Source of the DNA: Gammaproteobacteria bacterium
GTDB lineage: Bacteria; Pseudomonadota; Gammaproteobacteria; QQUJ01
DNA length: 64,000 nucleotides
NCBI GenBank assembly: GCA_050287605.1
Contig: JBNKCG010000018.1
Location: forward strand, 43,291-107,290
Reading direction: 5' to 3'
The notes below the pieces were generated by a model. That model was not told the DNA's origin and did not search any database. It saw nothing but the letters and a program-made list of their open reading frames with translations. Position 1 is the first letter of the stretch. Each line of letters starts with the position of its first letter. The position numbers and the translations under genes were made by a program. This document shows positions 9,837-22,570 of this stretch, piece after piece.

Positions 9837-10511
9837 ATGGCCAAGCTGGTGATGACCCTGGACGGAGCGGTCATTAAAGAGATCAAGATCGACCGGGAGA
9901 CGTTGAGCATCGGACGCCGTCCCGGCAACGACGTGCAGCTCAACGATCTGGCCGTCAGCGGCCGCCACGCGCTGTTTAGCGCGATGCACAACACCTACAT
10001 CGAAGACCTGGGCAGCACCAACGGCACGCTGGTCAACGGCAAAAAGGTCAAAAAGGCCATCGTCAAACACGGCGACGTAATCCAGATCGGGGGGCACCAA
10101 TTCACCTACCTCACCAAGGAAGAGATGCCCTACGAACCCACCATGTTCCTCAAGGCCGAATTCGAGCCCACCATGACGTTGGATACCGACTCCGGGCAAC
10201 GGCAGGTGACGGCCGACCCGCGGGAAGAGGGAAGGCTGGGTGCGGTCAAGATCCTCAGCGGCCCCATGAAAGGGAAAGTGCTGGAGCTGCGCAAACCCTT
10301 CAATACCGTCGGCATCAACGGCGTCAAAGTGGCACTGATCTCACGCGAGAGTACCGGCTATACCATCCATGGCATCAAGAGCCGCAAGTTGCGTCGCGCC
10401 TCGGACCTGCCGACGGTCAACGGCGAACCGGTGGGTGATAGCAGCGTCCGCCTCCAAGAGAAGGACGTCATCGAAATGGTGGACACCAAGATGCAGTTCT
10501 ACTTCATGTAG
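9837..10511 (+). CDS. FHA-domain protein, possibly with a second degenerate FHA-like domain
   Basis: LSIGRRPGNDVQLNDLAVSGRHALF...GSTNGTLVNGKKV FHA signature; C-terminal half repeats a similar pattern (TVGINGVKV...VNGEPV). Confidence 0.8.
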   Translation: MAKLVMTLDGAVIKEIKIDRETLSIGRRPGNDVQLNDLAVSGRHALFSAMHNTYIEDLGSTNGTLVNGKKVKKAIVKHGDVIQIGGHQFTYLTKEEMPYEPTMFLKAEFEPTMTLDTDSGQRQVTADPREEGRLGAVKILSGPMKGKVLELRKPFNTVGINGVKVALISRESTGYTIHGIKSRKLRRASDLPTVNGEPVGDSSVRLQEKDVIEMVDTKMQFYFM

Positions 10512-10525
10512 CGCGACGGCACTCG

Positions 10526-11932
10526 CTACGCCTCTGCGGTCCTCCAACCCTCGAACCAGCGCAGTTTGTCGCGCAGCTTGACCACCTCGCCGACGATGAT
10601 CAGCGTCGGCGGGCGGATCTCCTCCCCCTCCACCACCTGCTCCATGGTCGCCAGGGTACCCACCAACACCTTCTGATCGGCCGTGGTTCCCTTCTGGATC
10701 AACGCGATAGGTGTCTGCTGCGGCATGCCGTGGGCTATGAGCTGGCGACAGATGATGGCCAGCCCATGCAGTCCCATGTAGAACACCACCGTCTGCTGGG
10801 GATGCGCCAACGCCGGCCAGTTGAGATTGGTCGTGCCGTCCTTCAGATGCCCCGTCACGAAGACGCAGGCCTGAGCATGGGCGCGGTGCGTGAGCGGAAT
10901 GCCGGCGTAGGAAGCGCACCCGGCGGCGGCCGTGATGCCGGGAACCACCTGGAACGGAATGCCCTCCTGGGACAAACGCTCGATCTCTTCGCCGCCGCGG
11001 CCAAAAATGAAAGGATCGCCGCCCTTGAGACGCACAACGCGTTTGCCTTCGCGCGCCAGCTTGACCATGAGTTGATTGATGTCATCCTGCGGCAGGGTGT
11101 GACGGTCGCGTTCCTTGCCCACGTTGATGCGCTCGGCATCGCGGCGCGTCATCTCCAACACGGCGGGCGCCACCAAACGGTCGTACAGCACCACGTCGGC
11201 CTGCTGCATCAAGCGCAGGGCGCGGAAAGTGAGCAGATCGGGATCGCCCGGTCCGCCACCCACCAGGTAGACCTCCCCTATCGTTGACGCGTGGCCGGCA
11301 GCGCTCTCCAGGGCCAGTTCCAAGGCCTGCTCCGCGGCCTGATCCTGACCACTGAACACGCGTTCGGCGATGGGACCCTGCAACACGCTTTCCCAAAACA
11401 CGCGACGTTGCCGGCCTTCGGGGATACGGGCCTTGACCCGGTCGCGAAACCGACTGACCAGGAGGGCCAGCCTCCCGTAAGCGGCGGGCACCATGGACTC
11501 GAGGCGCGCCCGGATCAGACGCGCCAACACCGGCGCAGCACCACCGCTGGACACGGCAGCGATCACCGGCGAGCGATCGACGATGGAGGGCATGATGAAG
11601 CTGCACAGTGCCGGACTGTCCACCACATTGACCGGGATATTGCGCGCCTTCGCCGCGTTGGACACGACGCGGTTGATGGCCGAGTCATCGGTGGCGGCAT
11701 ACACCAGGGCATATCCGGCATCAAAGTCGTCATCCGATACCGTACGCTGCCGCCACTCGATCTCGCCCTGCGCGTGGCGCTCGGTCAGCACGGGAGCCAA
11801 CGCGGGCGCCACCACCACCACCCGGGCACCGGCCTGCAACAGCAGCGCAATCTTGCGCGCAGCCACCTCGCCACCGCCCACCACCAGACAGCGACGCTGT
11901 TTCAGATCGAGGAATATCGGTAAGTAGTCCAC
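10526..11932 (-). CDS. cysG: siroheme synthase (uroporphyrinogen-III methyltransferase / precorrin-2 dehydrogenase / ferrochelatase)
   Basis: [28 protein letters not shown]-terminus; methyltransferase motifs [15 protein letters not shown]. Confidence 0.9.
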   Translation of the reverse strand: MDYLPIFLDLKQRRCLVVGGGEVAARKIALLLQAGARVVVVAPALAPVLTERHAQGEIEWRQRTVSDDDFDAGYALVYAATDDSAINRVVSNAAKARNIPVNVVDSPALCSFIMPSIVDRSPVIAAVSSGGAAPVLARLIRARLESMVPAAYGRLALLVSRFRDRVKARIPEGRQRRVFWESVLQGPIAERVFSGQDQAAEQALELALESAAGHASTIGEVYLVGGGPGDPDLLTFRALRLMQQADVVLYDRLVAPAVLEMTRRDAERINVGKERDRHTLPQDDINQLMVKLAREGKRVVRLKGGDPFIFGRGGEEIERLSQEGIPFQVVPGITAAAGCASYAGIPLTHRAHAQACVFVTGHLKDGTTNLNWPALAHPQQTVVFYMGLHGLAIICRQLIAHGMPQQTPIALIQKGTTADQKVLVGTLATMEQVVEGEEIRPPTLIIVGEVVKLRDKLRWFEGWRTAEA

Positions 11933-11968
11933 CCCAGCCCCTGTCCAATCCCCGCCGACGGCGCAGGA

Positions 11969-13568
<1,600 letters not shown>

Positions 13569-13599
13569 CGTCCGCTGGAAGGTGGAACGTGCCCCAGGA

Positions 13600-13977
13600 T
13601 CATAGCTGGCGCGCCAACACAACACCAATCCATGCGGCTGTCAGGCACAGCATCACGCTCAGCAAGACGTTGAGTGCCGCGCGCAACATCGCACCCTCCT
13701 CCAACAGATTGAACGTCTCGATGGAGAAGGTGGAAAACGTGGTAAAGGCACCGAGAAAGCCGACCAGCAACGCCGCGCGCCATTCGGCGCTGACGGCAAC
13801 GCGTTCGATCAGCCAGATGTACAAAAACCCCATGGCAAACGAACCTAGGACATTGACCACCAAAGTCCCATAGGGAAACCCACGCCCCAGTAGCGCGTAG
13901 ATCCCCGTCGCCACCCAGAAGCGCGCCAGCGCCCCGGAGGCACCGCCGACGGCAATGGCGAGTGTCTGGTTGATCAT
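13600..13977 (-). CDS. crcB: fluoride ion channel CrcB/Fluc
   Basis: 125-aa four-helix membrane protein, GTLVVNVLGSFAMGF motif; overlaps the rarA stop by 4 nt. Confidence 0.9.
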   Translation of the reverse strand: MINQTLAIAVGGASGALARFWVATGIYALLGRGFPYGTLVVNVLGSFAMGFLYIWLIERVAVSAEWRAALLVGFLGAFTTFSTFSIETFNLLEEGAMLRAALNVLLSVMLCLTAAWIGVVLARQL

Positions 13978-15320
13978 GGTTTGGTGCCCGCTTTACGATC
14001 GCGCGTCCGCAATTCCCTGAGGCGTTCGGCGATCCGCTGTTCCAGCCCCCGTTCCACCGGCTGGTAATAGACCGACTCGGGCATCCCTTCCGGGAAGTAG
14101 CGTTCTCCCGCCGCATAGGCATCCCGTTCGTCGTGCGCGTAGCGGTAGCCGTCGCCGTAGCCCAGCTCTTTCATCAGCCGCGTGGGGGCGTTGCGCAGAT
14201 GCAGCGGTACCTCCAGCGAGCCGTATTTCACCGCATCCTGGCGCGCCGCGCTCAGCGCGGTGTACGCCGCATTACTCTTGGCCGCGCACGCCAGATAAAG
14301 CACCGTCTGCGCCAGCGTCAGTTCGCCTTCCGGGCTACCGAGTCGCTCCTGCGCGTCCCACGCCGCCAGCGCCAGTTGCAGCGCGCGCGGATCAGCGTTG
14401 CCGATGTCCTCGCTCGCCATACGCGCCAGGCGCCGGGCAATGTAGAGCGGGTCGCATCCGCCATCCAGCATGCGCGCCAGCCAGTAGAGTGCGGCGTCCG
14501 GCGCGGATCCCCGCACCGCCTTGTGCAACGCCGAGATCTGGTCGTAAAAGGCTTCGCCGCCTTTGTCGAAACGGCGCACGCCTCCGCTCAATACCTCGCC
14601 CAGCACCGCGTTGGTGATCGTGCCGTCGTCGGCCGCCAGCTCGGCGGCGATCTCCAGAAAGGTCAGCGCGCGCCGCGCATCGCCGTCGGCGGCGGATGCC
14701 AACAGTTCCAGCGCACCCGCTTCTAGCGTCAACGCGCGGCCACCCAGTCCCGCGACGGAATCGCTCAGGGCGCGTTCCAAGAGCGACTGGATCGCGGATT
14801 GATCCAGCGCCTTCAACACGTGAGTACGGGCACGCGACAGCAATGCGTTGTTCAATTCGAAGGAGGGATTCTCCGTCGTGGCGCCGATAAAGGTGACGGT
14901 GCCATCCTCGACGAAAGGCAGGAAGGCATCCTGCTGCCCCTTGTTGAAACGGTGCACCTCGTCGACGAAGAGGATGGTGGCACCGCCGTTGAGCTCGCGG
15001 TAGCGGCGCGCCTGATCGATGGCGGCACGGATGTCCTTGACCCCCGAGAGAACGGCCGAGAGCTGCAGAAACTGCGCCTTGCTCTGCTGGGCGATCAGTT
15101 TGGCGAGGGTGGTCTTGCCGGTGCCCGGCGGTCCCCACAGGATCATGGAGTAGGGTCGGCCGGCTTCGATGGCCCTGCGCAGCGGCTTGTCCACGCCCAG
15201 CAGATGATCCTGTCCCACCACGTCGTCCAGACGGAACGGACGCATGCGATCGGCCAACGGCCGCTCGGCGTCGACGCCGTCACGCGCCGCGTCGGCGAAA
15301 AGGTCACTCTCCAACGACAT
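13974..15320 (-). CDS. rarA: replication-associated recombination protein A (AAA+ ATPase)
   Basis: [11 protein letters not shown] Walker A; MgsA/RarA C-terminal region; start set at MSLESDL. Confidence 0.9.
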   Translation of the reverse strand: MSLESDLFADAARDGVDAERPLADRMRPFRLDDVVGQDHLLGVDKPLRRAIEAGRPYSMILWGPPGTGKTTLAKLIAQQSKAQFLQLSAVLSGVKDIRAAIDQARRYRELNGGATILFVDEVHRFNKGQQDAFLPFVEDGTVTFIGATTENPSFELNNALLSRARTHVLKALDQSAIQSLLERALSDSVAGLGGRALTLEAGALELLASAADGDARRALTFLEIAAELAADDGTITNAVLGEVLSGGVRRFDKGGEAFYDQISALHKAVRGSAPDAALYWLARMLDGGCDPLYIARRLARMASEDIGNADPRALQLALAAWDAQERLGSPEGELTLAQTVLYLACAAKSNAAYTALSAARQDAVKYGSLEVPLHLRNAPTRLMKELGYGDGYRYAHDERDAYAAGERYFPEGMPESVYYQPVERGLEQRIAERLRELRTRDRKAGTKP

Positions 15321-15933
15321 CGACGCCGGGCGGAGGCACGAACTGGAACCTCGCCGCATCAATGGGAGGATTCACCTGCACCTGGGTGAAGCGGAATTGC
15401 GTCTCCTGACCGAAATTGTCCACCAGCTCCATGGCGCTCAGCGTGCCGGCGGCGAATCCGATGCGTACCTTTTCGAAGTTGCTGTCGGGCTCCTTGGGCG
15501 CCAACTCCACCCAATCTGCGCCGTCGCGCACGCCGATCGCTTGGTAGGTGAAGCTGGCATCAAGGTCGATGCCGCCGCTCAGCAGCAGCGACGGTGCGCT
15601 GCCCAACGCCGCAGACAGCGGTTTCACCGTCACCTGCTCCAGTTCGGTGTCGTAGATCCAGATACGTTCGCCGTCGGCGACGATCTGCTGCGGGTAGGGC
15701 TTGTCGTAATCCCAGCGGAAGCGTCCCGGGCGCTGCAGCTCCAGCCTCCCCGATGAGCGCAGGATGCGCTTGCTCTGGGTATCCACCACGCTCTGGTCAA
15801 ACGCCGCGGTGAAGGTGCGGGTCTCAGTCACGAAACTGCGCAGGGCGGCCACGGCATCGCCCGCCGCCGTCGGTGCCGTCCAGACGGCACATCCAATCAA
15901 CGCCAACAACGGCGATACCAGTCGTTTGATCAT
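15304..15933 (-). CDS. lolA: outer-membrane lipoprotein carrier protein LolA
   Basis: Signal peptide plus LolA fold; conserved ftsK-lolA-rarA-serS gene order. Confidence 0.85.
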   Translation of the reverse strand: MIKRLVSPLLALIGCAVWTAPTAAGDAVAALRSFVTETRTFTAAFDQSVVDTQSKRILRSSGRLELQRPGRFRWDYDKPYPQQIVADGERIWIYDTELEQVTVKPLSAALGSAPSLLLSGGIDLDASFTYQAIGVRDGADWVELAPKEPDSNFEKVRIGFAAGTLSAMELVDNFGQETQFRFTQVQVNPPIDAARFQFVPPPGVDVVGE

Positions 15934-15940
15934 CTACGGT

Positions 15941-18256
15941 TCAATCCCTGGGTGGGGGTGGCGCCAACACCTCACGAGCGCCGTTGGATTGCATGGAGCT
16001 GACGATACCGGCACGCTCCATGGCCTCGACCAGACGCGCAGCGCGGTTGTAGCCGATCTTAAGGTGGCGCTGCACCCCGGAGACCGAGGCGCGACGGGTC
16101 TCGGTGACGATAGCCACTGCCTGGTCGTAGAGCGGATCCTCCTCCGCGTCGCCATTGCCGCCGTTACCGTTGCCACCCAAGCCACCACTTTCATCACTAT
16201 CGTTGAGAATCTCGTCGAGGTAGTTGGGTTCCCCACTCTTCTTCAGATGGGCCACCACCTCGTGCACCTCGTGATCCGCCACATAGGCGCCATGGACCCG
16301 CTGGGGGATGCCGGTACCCGGCGCCAGGTAGAGCATGTCACCGTGCCCCAGCAACTGTTCCGCACCCATTTGGTCGAGGATGGTGCGCGAATCGACGCGC
16401 GACGAGACCTGGAAGGCGATACGTGTGGGGATATTGGCCTTGATAAGACCGGTGATCACATCCACCGAGGGACGCTGGGTGGCGAGGATCAGGTGGATGC
16501 CGGCGGCGCGCGCCTTCTGCGCCAAGCGCGCGATGAGCTCCTCCACCTTCTTGCCCACCACCATCATCATATCGGCCAGCTCGTCGACCACGATGACGAT
16601 GAAGGGCAGCGGATCGAGCGTGGGGACCGCCGTGAGCTCCTCGTCCGCTCCCTGGGCGGCCAAATCCCACAGTGGATCTTGAATGGGCTCGCCGCGATCG
16701 ATCGCCTCCTGCACCTTGCGGTTAAAACCGGCCAGATTGCGTACCCCGAGGGTCGCCATCAGCCGGTAGCGGCGCTCCATCTCGCCGATGCCCCAACGAA
16801 ACGCGCTGGCGGCCTCCTTCATATCGGTCACCACGGGAGTGAGCAGGTGCGGGATGCCGTCGTAGATGGAAAGCTCCAGCATCTTCGGATCGACCATGAT
16901 CAGCCGCACCTGGCTGGGCAGTGTTTTGTAAAGGATGCTGAGCAGCATGGCGTTGAGGGCCACCGATTTGCCCGAGCCGGTGGTGCCCGCCACCAGCAGG
17001 TGGGGCATTTTGCACAGGTCCACCACCACCGGCTGGCCGCTGATGTCCTTGCCCAGGGCCAGCGAAAGCGGCGAGGCGGCCTTGTCGTAGTGGCGCGACT
17101 TAAGGATCTCGCTGAGGTAGACCAGTTCGCGGTGTTCGTTGGGGATCTCCAGCCCTACCACGGACTTGCCCGGCACCACCTCCACCACGCGCACGCTCAC
17201 CACCGAGAGCGAACGCGCCAAATCCTTGGCGAGATTGCTGATCTGGCTCACCTTGACGCCCGGCGCCGGCTGCACCTCAAAGCGCGTAATCACCGGACCG
17301 GGATTGACCGCCACCACCTCCACCTCGACGCCGAAATCACGCAGCTTGATCTCCACCTGGCGTGACATGGCCTCCAGGGTCTCGGCCGAATAGCCCTGCC
17401 CCGAGTTCTGCGCCTTGTCGAGCAGCGTGAGCGGCGGCAGTTCGGCATTGGTCGACGCCTGGAACAGCTCGACCTGGCGCTCCTTCTCCACCCGTTCGCT
17501 CACCTCCACCGGCCTGATCACGGGCTCGATGCGCACCGGCGTGCGCTCCTTGCGCTTGGCCGTCTCGACCACCTTGGCCTTCTCGCGTTCCACCTTCGAT
17601 TGGCGCCCGGCCCAGTAGTCGCGCAGCCGGTCGTAGCCGCGCGACAGCGCCGCAACGCCCGCCAAGGTGTAGTAGCCCACCGCATCCATGACCGCGAGCC
17701 AGGAGAGGCTGGTCAGCAATGTGATGCCCACCAGAAACAGCGCCAGGAGAAACAGCGTGGCACCGAGGATGTTGACGATGTGCACCAGTCCGCCAGCGAT
17801 GCCGGTACCCAGAATGCCCCCGGCGGTTTCCGGCAGCGTCAGCAGGTTCGTGCCGAAATGGAGCGCGGCCAGTCCGCACCCGCCCACCAAGGTCAGCACG
17901 AATCCCGCACCGCGCAACGCCAGGCGCCGCGGATCGAGATGCGGTTGCGCCGCCGAATCTTTAAAGACCAGCCAACCGGCGTAGACAAAGACGATGGGCA
18001 GCAGAAAGGCCAAGTACCCGAACAAGTAGAGTCCGACGTCGGCAAACCAAGCCCCGGCGATGCCGCCCCGATTGAGCGCCTGTCCGTTGGTGCCGCTGAA
18101 CGACCAGCCGGGGTCATTGGGATCGTAGGAACCCAACGAGATCAGCAGATAGAGCGCGATGACGGTGCAGATCAACAGCACCCCTTCGCGCAGGCCGCGC
18201 GAGAGGTGCCGGGTGAGCTGCGGCCCGGCGCTCTTTTTTCGTGTCGCTTGGGCCAA
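15941..18256 (-). CDS. ftsK: DNA translocase FtsK
   Basis: N-terminal membrane domain, Pro/Glu-rich linker, C-terminal motor (GTTGSGKS) and gamma domain. Confidence 0.95.
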   Translation of the reverse strand: MAQATRKKSAGPQLTRHLSRGLREGVLLICTVIALYLLISLGSYDPNDPGWSFSGTNGQALNRGGIAGAWFADVGLYLFGYLAFLLPIVFVYAGWLVFKDSAAQPHLDPRRLALRGAGFVLTLVGGCGLAALHFGTNLLTLPETAGGILGTGIAGGLVHIVNILGATLFLLALFLVGITLLTSLSWLAVMDAVGYYTLAGVAALSRGYDRLRDYWAGRQSKVEREKAKVVETAKRKERTPVRIEPVIRPVEVSERVEKERQVELFQASTNAELPPLTLLDKAQNSGQGYSAETLEAMSRQVEIKLRDFGVEVEVVAVNPGPVITRFEVQPAPGVKVSQISNLAKDLARSLSVVSVRVVEVVPGKSVVGLEIPNEHRELVYLSEILKSRHYDKAASPLSLALGKDISGQPVVVDLCKMPHLLVAGTTGSGKSVALNAMLLSILYKTLPSQVRLIMVDPKMLELSIYDGIPHLLTPVVTDMKEAASAFRWGIGEMERRYRLMATLGVRNLAGFNRKVQEAIDRGEPIQDPLWDLAAQGADEELTAVPTLDPLPFIVIVVDELADMMMVVGKKVEELIARLAQKARAAGIHLILATQRPSVDVITGLIKANIPTRIAFQVSSRVDSRTILDQMGAEQLLGHGDMLYLAPGTGIPQRVHGAYVADHEVHEVVAHLKKSGEPNYLDEILNDSDESGGLGGNGNGGNGDAEEDPLYDQAVAIVTETRRASVSGVQRHLKIGYNRAARLVEAMERAGIVSSMQSNGAREVLAPPPPRD

Positions 18257-18621
18257 GTTAGATCCTAATCAAATTAAACTGAGTTGTAAGATACTTCCAA
18301 TAACAGTATTAATTTTAAAGCTTTTTGGTATTCGACCACCACCCCTTATTGGGTCGGTCGCAGGCCGCGGCAGCGCACGGTTCCGGATGCCGCTGTGCCA
18401 CTCTCGGCAGGGCGCTCAGAATAGCAGATTCCATCCCCGGCCGGGGGTGACCGCGCTCTCATCCGCGCCGCATCGATAAGCCTTCGACCTGGCTTTACCC
18501 CCCTGCCACGAATCCGTACCATTAGGCACTTTCCAGCGCCCGCTACCGACCGTCTCGCCTTCGCGTCGAGCGTATCGTCGCGGCGCATACCCGGATTTCT
18601 CTTGCGATGCGCGAGCCCTGA

Positions 18622-19617
<996 letters not shown>

Positions 19618-19657
19618 TCACCGTCAGCGACGGCATTGCCGGTCGGAGGTACACCGC

Positions 19658-20179
19658 TCACTCGACGATGAGCACCCGCATCCCCGCCGGCACCTGCTCG
19701 AACAATGCGATCACGTCGTCGTTGCGCATACGGATGCAGCCGTGGGAGCCGGGCTCGCCCACGGGCTCGGTGTCGGGGCAGCCGTGGATGTAGATGAAGC
19801 GGCGCTGGGTATCGACCTCCCCCAGCCGGTTGCGCCCGGGCTCCAGCCCGCACAACCAGAGAATGCGGCTGAGAATCCAGTCGCGCCCCGGGTGTGCAGC
19901 CATCAGCTCGGACGTGCAGATCTCGCCGGTGGGACGGCGTCCCACGAACACCGCCCCGCGGGGCTGGTCGGCGCCGATTCTGGCACGCACCGTGTGCCAG
20001 CCGCGCGGCGTCTGCCCGCTGCCACTGAGTTCCCCGGCACCCGCCGCCGCAGTGGAGACCGGGTAGCTGAACCGACACCGACCTGCGCTGACGAACTCCA
20101 GCCGCTGGCGGCCCAGATCGATGCGCAAATAACGATCCGGGGTTGCGGCGGACTCGCTGCGCTCGCTTGTCACGTCCAC
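19658..20179 (-). CDS. L,D-transpeptidase (YkuD) catalytic-domain protein with no apparent signal peptide
   Basis: IHGCPDTEPVGEPGSHGCIRM active-site region; N-terminus MDVTSERSES is not hydrophobic. Confidence 0.7.
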   Translation of the reverse strand: MDVTSERSESAATPDRYLRIDLGRQRLEFVSAGRCRFSYPVSTAAAGAGELSGSGQTPRGWHTVRARIGADQPRGAVFVGRRPTGEICTSELMAAHPGRDWILSRILWLCGLEPGRNRLGEVDTQRRFIYIHGCPDTEPVGEPGSHGCIRMRNDDVIALFEQVPAGMRVLIVE

Positions 20180-20640
20180 TCCGGGTAGGGATGCTCGGCC
20201 AGGTAGGCGTTGAAAAACCGCACATCATCCGACACCTCCTCGCCTACCCACTGGGGAATGACGAAATGTTCGTCGGGTCGGCTCAATTCGATCTCCGCCA
20301 GCACCAAGCCGGCGTTGGGCCCTTCAAAACGATCCACCTCCCAGAGGTGTTCACCTGCCGGCACGAAAAAGCGACGCTTTTCGATGTGCCGCCCGGCGCA
20401 GTGGTGGTCGAGGAGCTGCCGAGCATCCTCGATGGGAATCGGATACTCGAACTCGGATCGCGCGATGCCCCGGGTTGGTCCTTTGACGGTAAGCCACGCT
20501 TGGTCGCCGGCAATGCGCACCCGCACGCTCGCCTCGGGCCCGCGCGCCAGATACCCTTGGCGTACCGGCACCGAGTTGACCGCCTGGTGCTCCCAGTCGT
20601 CGGATCGGGTGAGAAACTTGCGCTCGATTTCGACACCCAT
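20170..20640 (-). CDS. CYTH-domain protein (CyaB / thiamine-triphosphatase family)
   Basis: MGVEIERKFL N-terminal EXEXK signature of CYTH triphosphate-tunnel enzymes; 156 aa. Confidence 0.75.
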   Translation of the reverse strand: MGVEIERKFLTRSDDWEHQAVNSVPVRQGYLARGPEASVRVRIAGDQAWLTVKGPTRGIARSEFEYPIPIEDARQLLDHHCAGRHIEKRRFFVPAGEHLWEVDRFEGPNAGLVLAEIELSRPDEHFVIPQWVGEEVSDDVRFFNAYLAEHPYPEWT

Positions 20641-20757
20641 GTACGGTTCCCGTTCGGTAGCGGCGACATGCCTCCGGTGAAGGCGTACCAGTGTAGCCTA
20701 CGACGCGTTCAGCGGCAGCCGGGTCGCCTTCCTCAACCCACACCCAAAGGGATTGAA

Positions 20758-21231
20758 GTGCGCCTGCGGACAGATCCAGAGTCACTGCTCTTCGTCTACG
20801 GTACGCTGCTCACCGGCACCGGCCGCCCCGCAATGGACCGCGTGATAACACGCGCCCTGGTGCCGGTCAGCGCCGCTACCGTACCCGGCAAGCTCTACCA
20901 CCTGGACGGCTACCCCGGCGCTCTTCCCGACCCGGCGAGCGCGCAAACCATCCGTGGCCTCATCGTGCGCCTGCGTCATCCACGCCTCCACTGGCCGCTG
21001 CTGGACCGGTACGAAGAGTGTGGAAACCTGTACGTGCGCGAGCGCGTCACGGCACTGACGATACCCGCACATCGGCCGACGGCGTGTTGGATTTATCGTT
21101 ATTGCTGCGCGGTGCGGCATCGTCGACCGGTGACCGGCGGCGACTATTCAGGGCGGGGCGAGCGCCACCGGCTCAGCGCTCGAAAACGGCGATCGACTCC
21201 ACGTGACCGGTATGGGGAAACATATCCATAA
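20758..21231 (+). CDS. gamma-glutamyl cyclotransferase-like (GGCT/AIG2) protein
   Basis: LLFVYGTLL...DRYEE motifs; track ORF 20143-21231 is antisense to the CYTH gene in its 5' part, so start placed at GTG 20758; the 3' end overlaps rlmD by ~58 bp and is uncertain. Confidence 0.5.
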   Translation: MRLRTDPESLLFVYGTLLTGTGRPAMDRVITRALVPVSAATVPGKLYHLDGYPGALPDPASAQTIRGLIVRLRHPRLHWPLLDRYEECGNLYVRERVTALTIPAHRPTACWIYRYCCAVRHRRPVTGGDYSGRGERHRLSARKRRSTPRDRYGETYP

Positions 21232-22510
21232 CCCCGGCGCCCGATAACGCATAGCCGTGGCGATGAACCAGTTCCCCCGCGTCACGTGCCAGGGTGGCGG
21301 GGTTGCAGGAGACGTAGACGATTTTCGGTGCTGCGATGCGCGGGATATGATGCAACACCTCGATAGCGCCGGTGCGTGGGGGGTCGATCAGCAACCGATC
21401 ATAGGGTTCACGCAGCCAGACGGCCTCCGCCAGAGCGGCCGTGAGATCCGCGGTATGAAACACAACGTTGTCGATCCCGTTGAGTCGCGCATTTTCGCTG
21501 GCACGCTCGATCAGGCCTGCATCGCCTTCCACGCCGGTCACTGAACCGGCATGGCGTGCCAACGGCAAGGTGAAGTTACCCAACCCGCAGAACAGATCCA
21601 GTACCCGATGGGCGGCGGAAAGATCCAACAGTTCCAGTGCGCGATCGACCATCCGGCGGTTGAGGCCGGCGTTGACCTGGGTGAAATCGGTGGGTCGAAA
21701 CCGTAACCGCAAATCGTGGTTGGGCAGGCCATACGCCAACCCGGGTTGCTCAGGCCGCAGCGGCACCAGCAACTCGGGTCCGGCCGGCTGCAGGTAGATC
21801 TGCAGGTTGTACTGCTGGCCGAAGGCCTTGAGCCGCTCGCAATCCTCGGTGGTAGGGGTGTCAAGATTACGGAACACCAAGGCCGCCTCGTCATCGCCCA
21901 CCGCCACCTCGATCTGGGGTATCTTGTCGACTAGGCTGAGGCTTGCGATGAGGGCGCCGAGTTCGAGCAGGCGCTCGCCAATGCGCGGGTCGAGCACGTC
22001 ACAGCCTTCCAGCTCCGCGATATAGTTGCTGTGCTGTTCGCGAAACCCCACCAGCACTCTGCCCTTCTTGACCACGTTGCGCACCCCAAGCCTTGCCTTG
22101 CGCCGATAGCCCCACACTTGGTCGCGCAACGGTTCGAAGATCTGGGCTGGCTCCACCTTGCCGATGCGCCGTAGCTGATCGAGGAGTAGCCGTTGCTTGG
22201 CCACAATCTGTGCCTGCGAATCCATGTGCTGCAGGCTGCAGCCACCGCAGTTGGCGAAATGTGGACAGCGGGGGACGACCCGATCGGATGAGGGACTGGA
22301 AACTGTGACAGCTTGAGCGATGGCGTATTTGCTGTGCTTCGCCACCAAGCGCGCGATGACCGACTCACCGGGTAGCGCTCCGTGGACAAACACCGCTTTA
22401 CCTTCCCAATGCGCCACCCCTTTGCCGTCGTGTGACAACGACTCGATGAGCAGCGGGACGGGTTCTTCGGGAAGACGGCGGCGCTTGCGTTTGTTACGGG
22501 CCACGGTCAC
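21173..22510 (-). CDS. rlmD: 23S rRNA (uracil-C5)-methyltransferase RlmD/RumA
   Basis: TRAM domain, 4-Cys cluster (CPHFANCGGC), SAM-dependent methyltransferase core. Confidence 0.9.
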   Translation of the reverse strand: MTVARNKRKRRRLPEEPVPLLIESLSHDGKGVAHWEGKAVFVHGALPGESVIARLVAKHSKYAIAQAVTVSSPSSDRVVPRCPHFANCGGCSLQHMDSQAQIVAKQRLLLDQLRRIGKVEPAQIFEPLRDQVWGYRRKARLGVRNVVKKGRVLVGFREQHSNYIAELEGCDVLDPRIGERLLELGALIASLSLVDKIPQIEVAVGDDEAALVFRNLDTPTTEDCERLKAFGQQYNLQIYLQPAGPELLVPLRPEQPGLAYGLPNHDLRLRFRPTDFTQVNAGLNRRMVDRALELLDLSAAHRVLDLFCGLGNFTLPLARHAGSVTGVEGDAGLIERASENARLNGIDNVVFHTADLTAALAEAVWLREPYDRLLIDPPRTGAIEVLHHIPRIAAPKIVYVSCNPATLARDAGELVHRHGYALSGAGVMDMFPHTGHVESIAVFER

Positions 22511-22570
22511 TCCCCACGCAGATGCTGTCCGCGATCCGCCCGATCGCGGAAGAACGCAGATTTCCGGGAA

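Noticed and set aside
13600-14000. Looked for a fluoride (crcB-motif) riboswitch upstream of crcB
   Set aside because: The crcB start overlaps the rarA stop by 4 nt, so there is no leader in which a riboswitch could sit. crcB appears to be co-transcribed with rarA.
18290-18320. LexA/SOS box upstream of ftsK
   Set aside because: Only one CTGT half-site is present with the correct N8 spacing; the partner is GTAT, not ACAG. Kept only as a low-interest note.
19618-19657. Possible terminator after trxB (CCGTC-agc-GACGG hairpin)
   Set aside because: The stem is short (5 bp) and no T-run follows, so it is not convincing as an intrinsic terminator.
20143-20757. N-terminal 200 aa of track ORF 20143-21231
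   Set aside because: It is antisense to the well-supported CYTH gene. Only the C-terminal GGCT-like part (from ~20758) carries a recognisable domain, so I trimmed the start.
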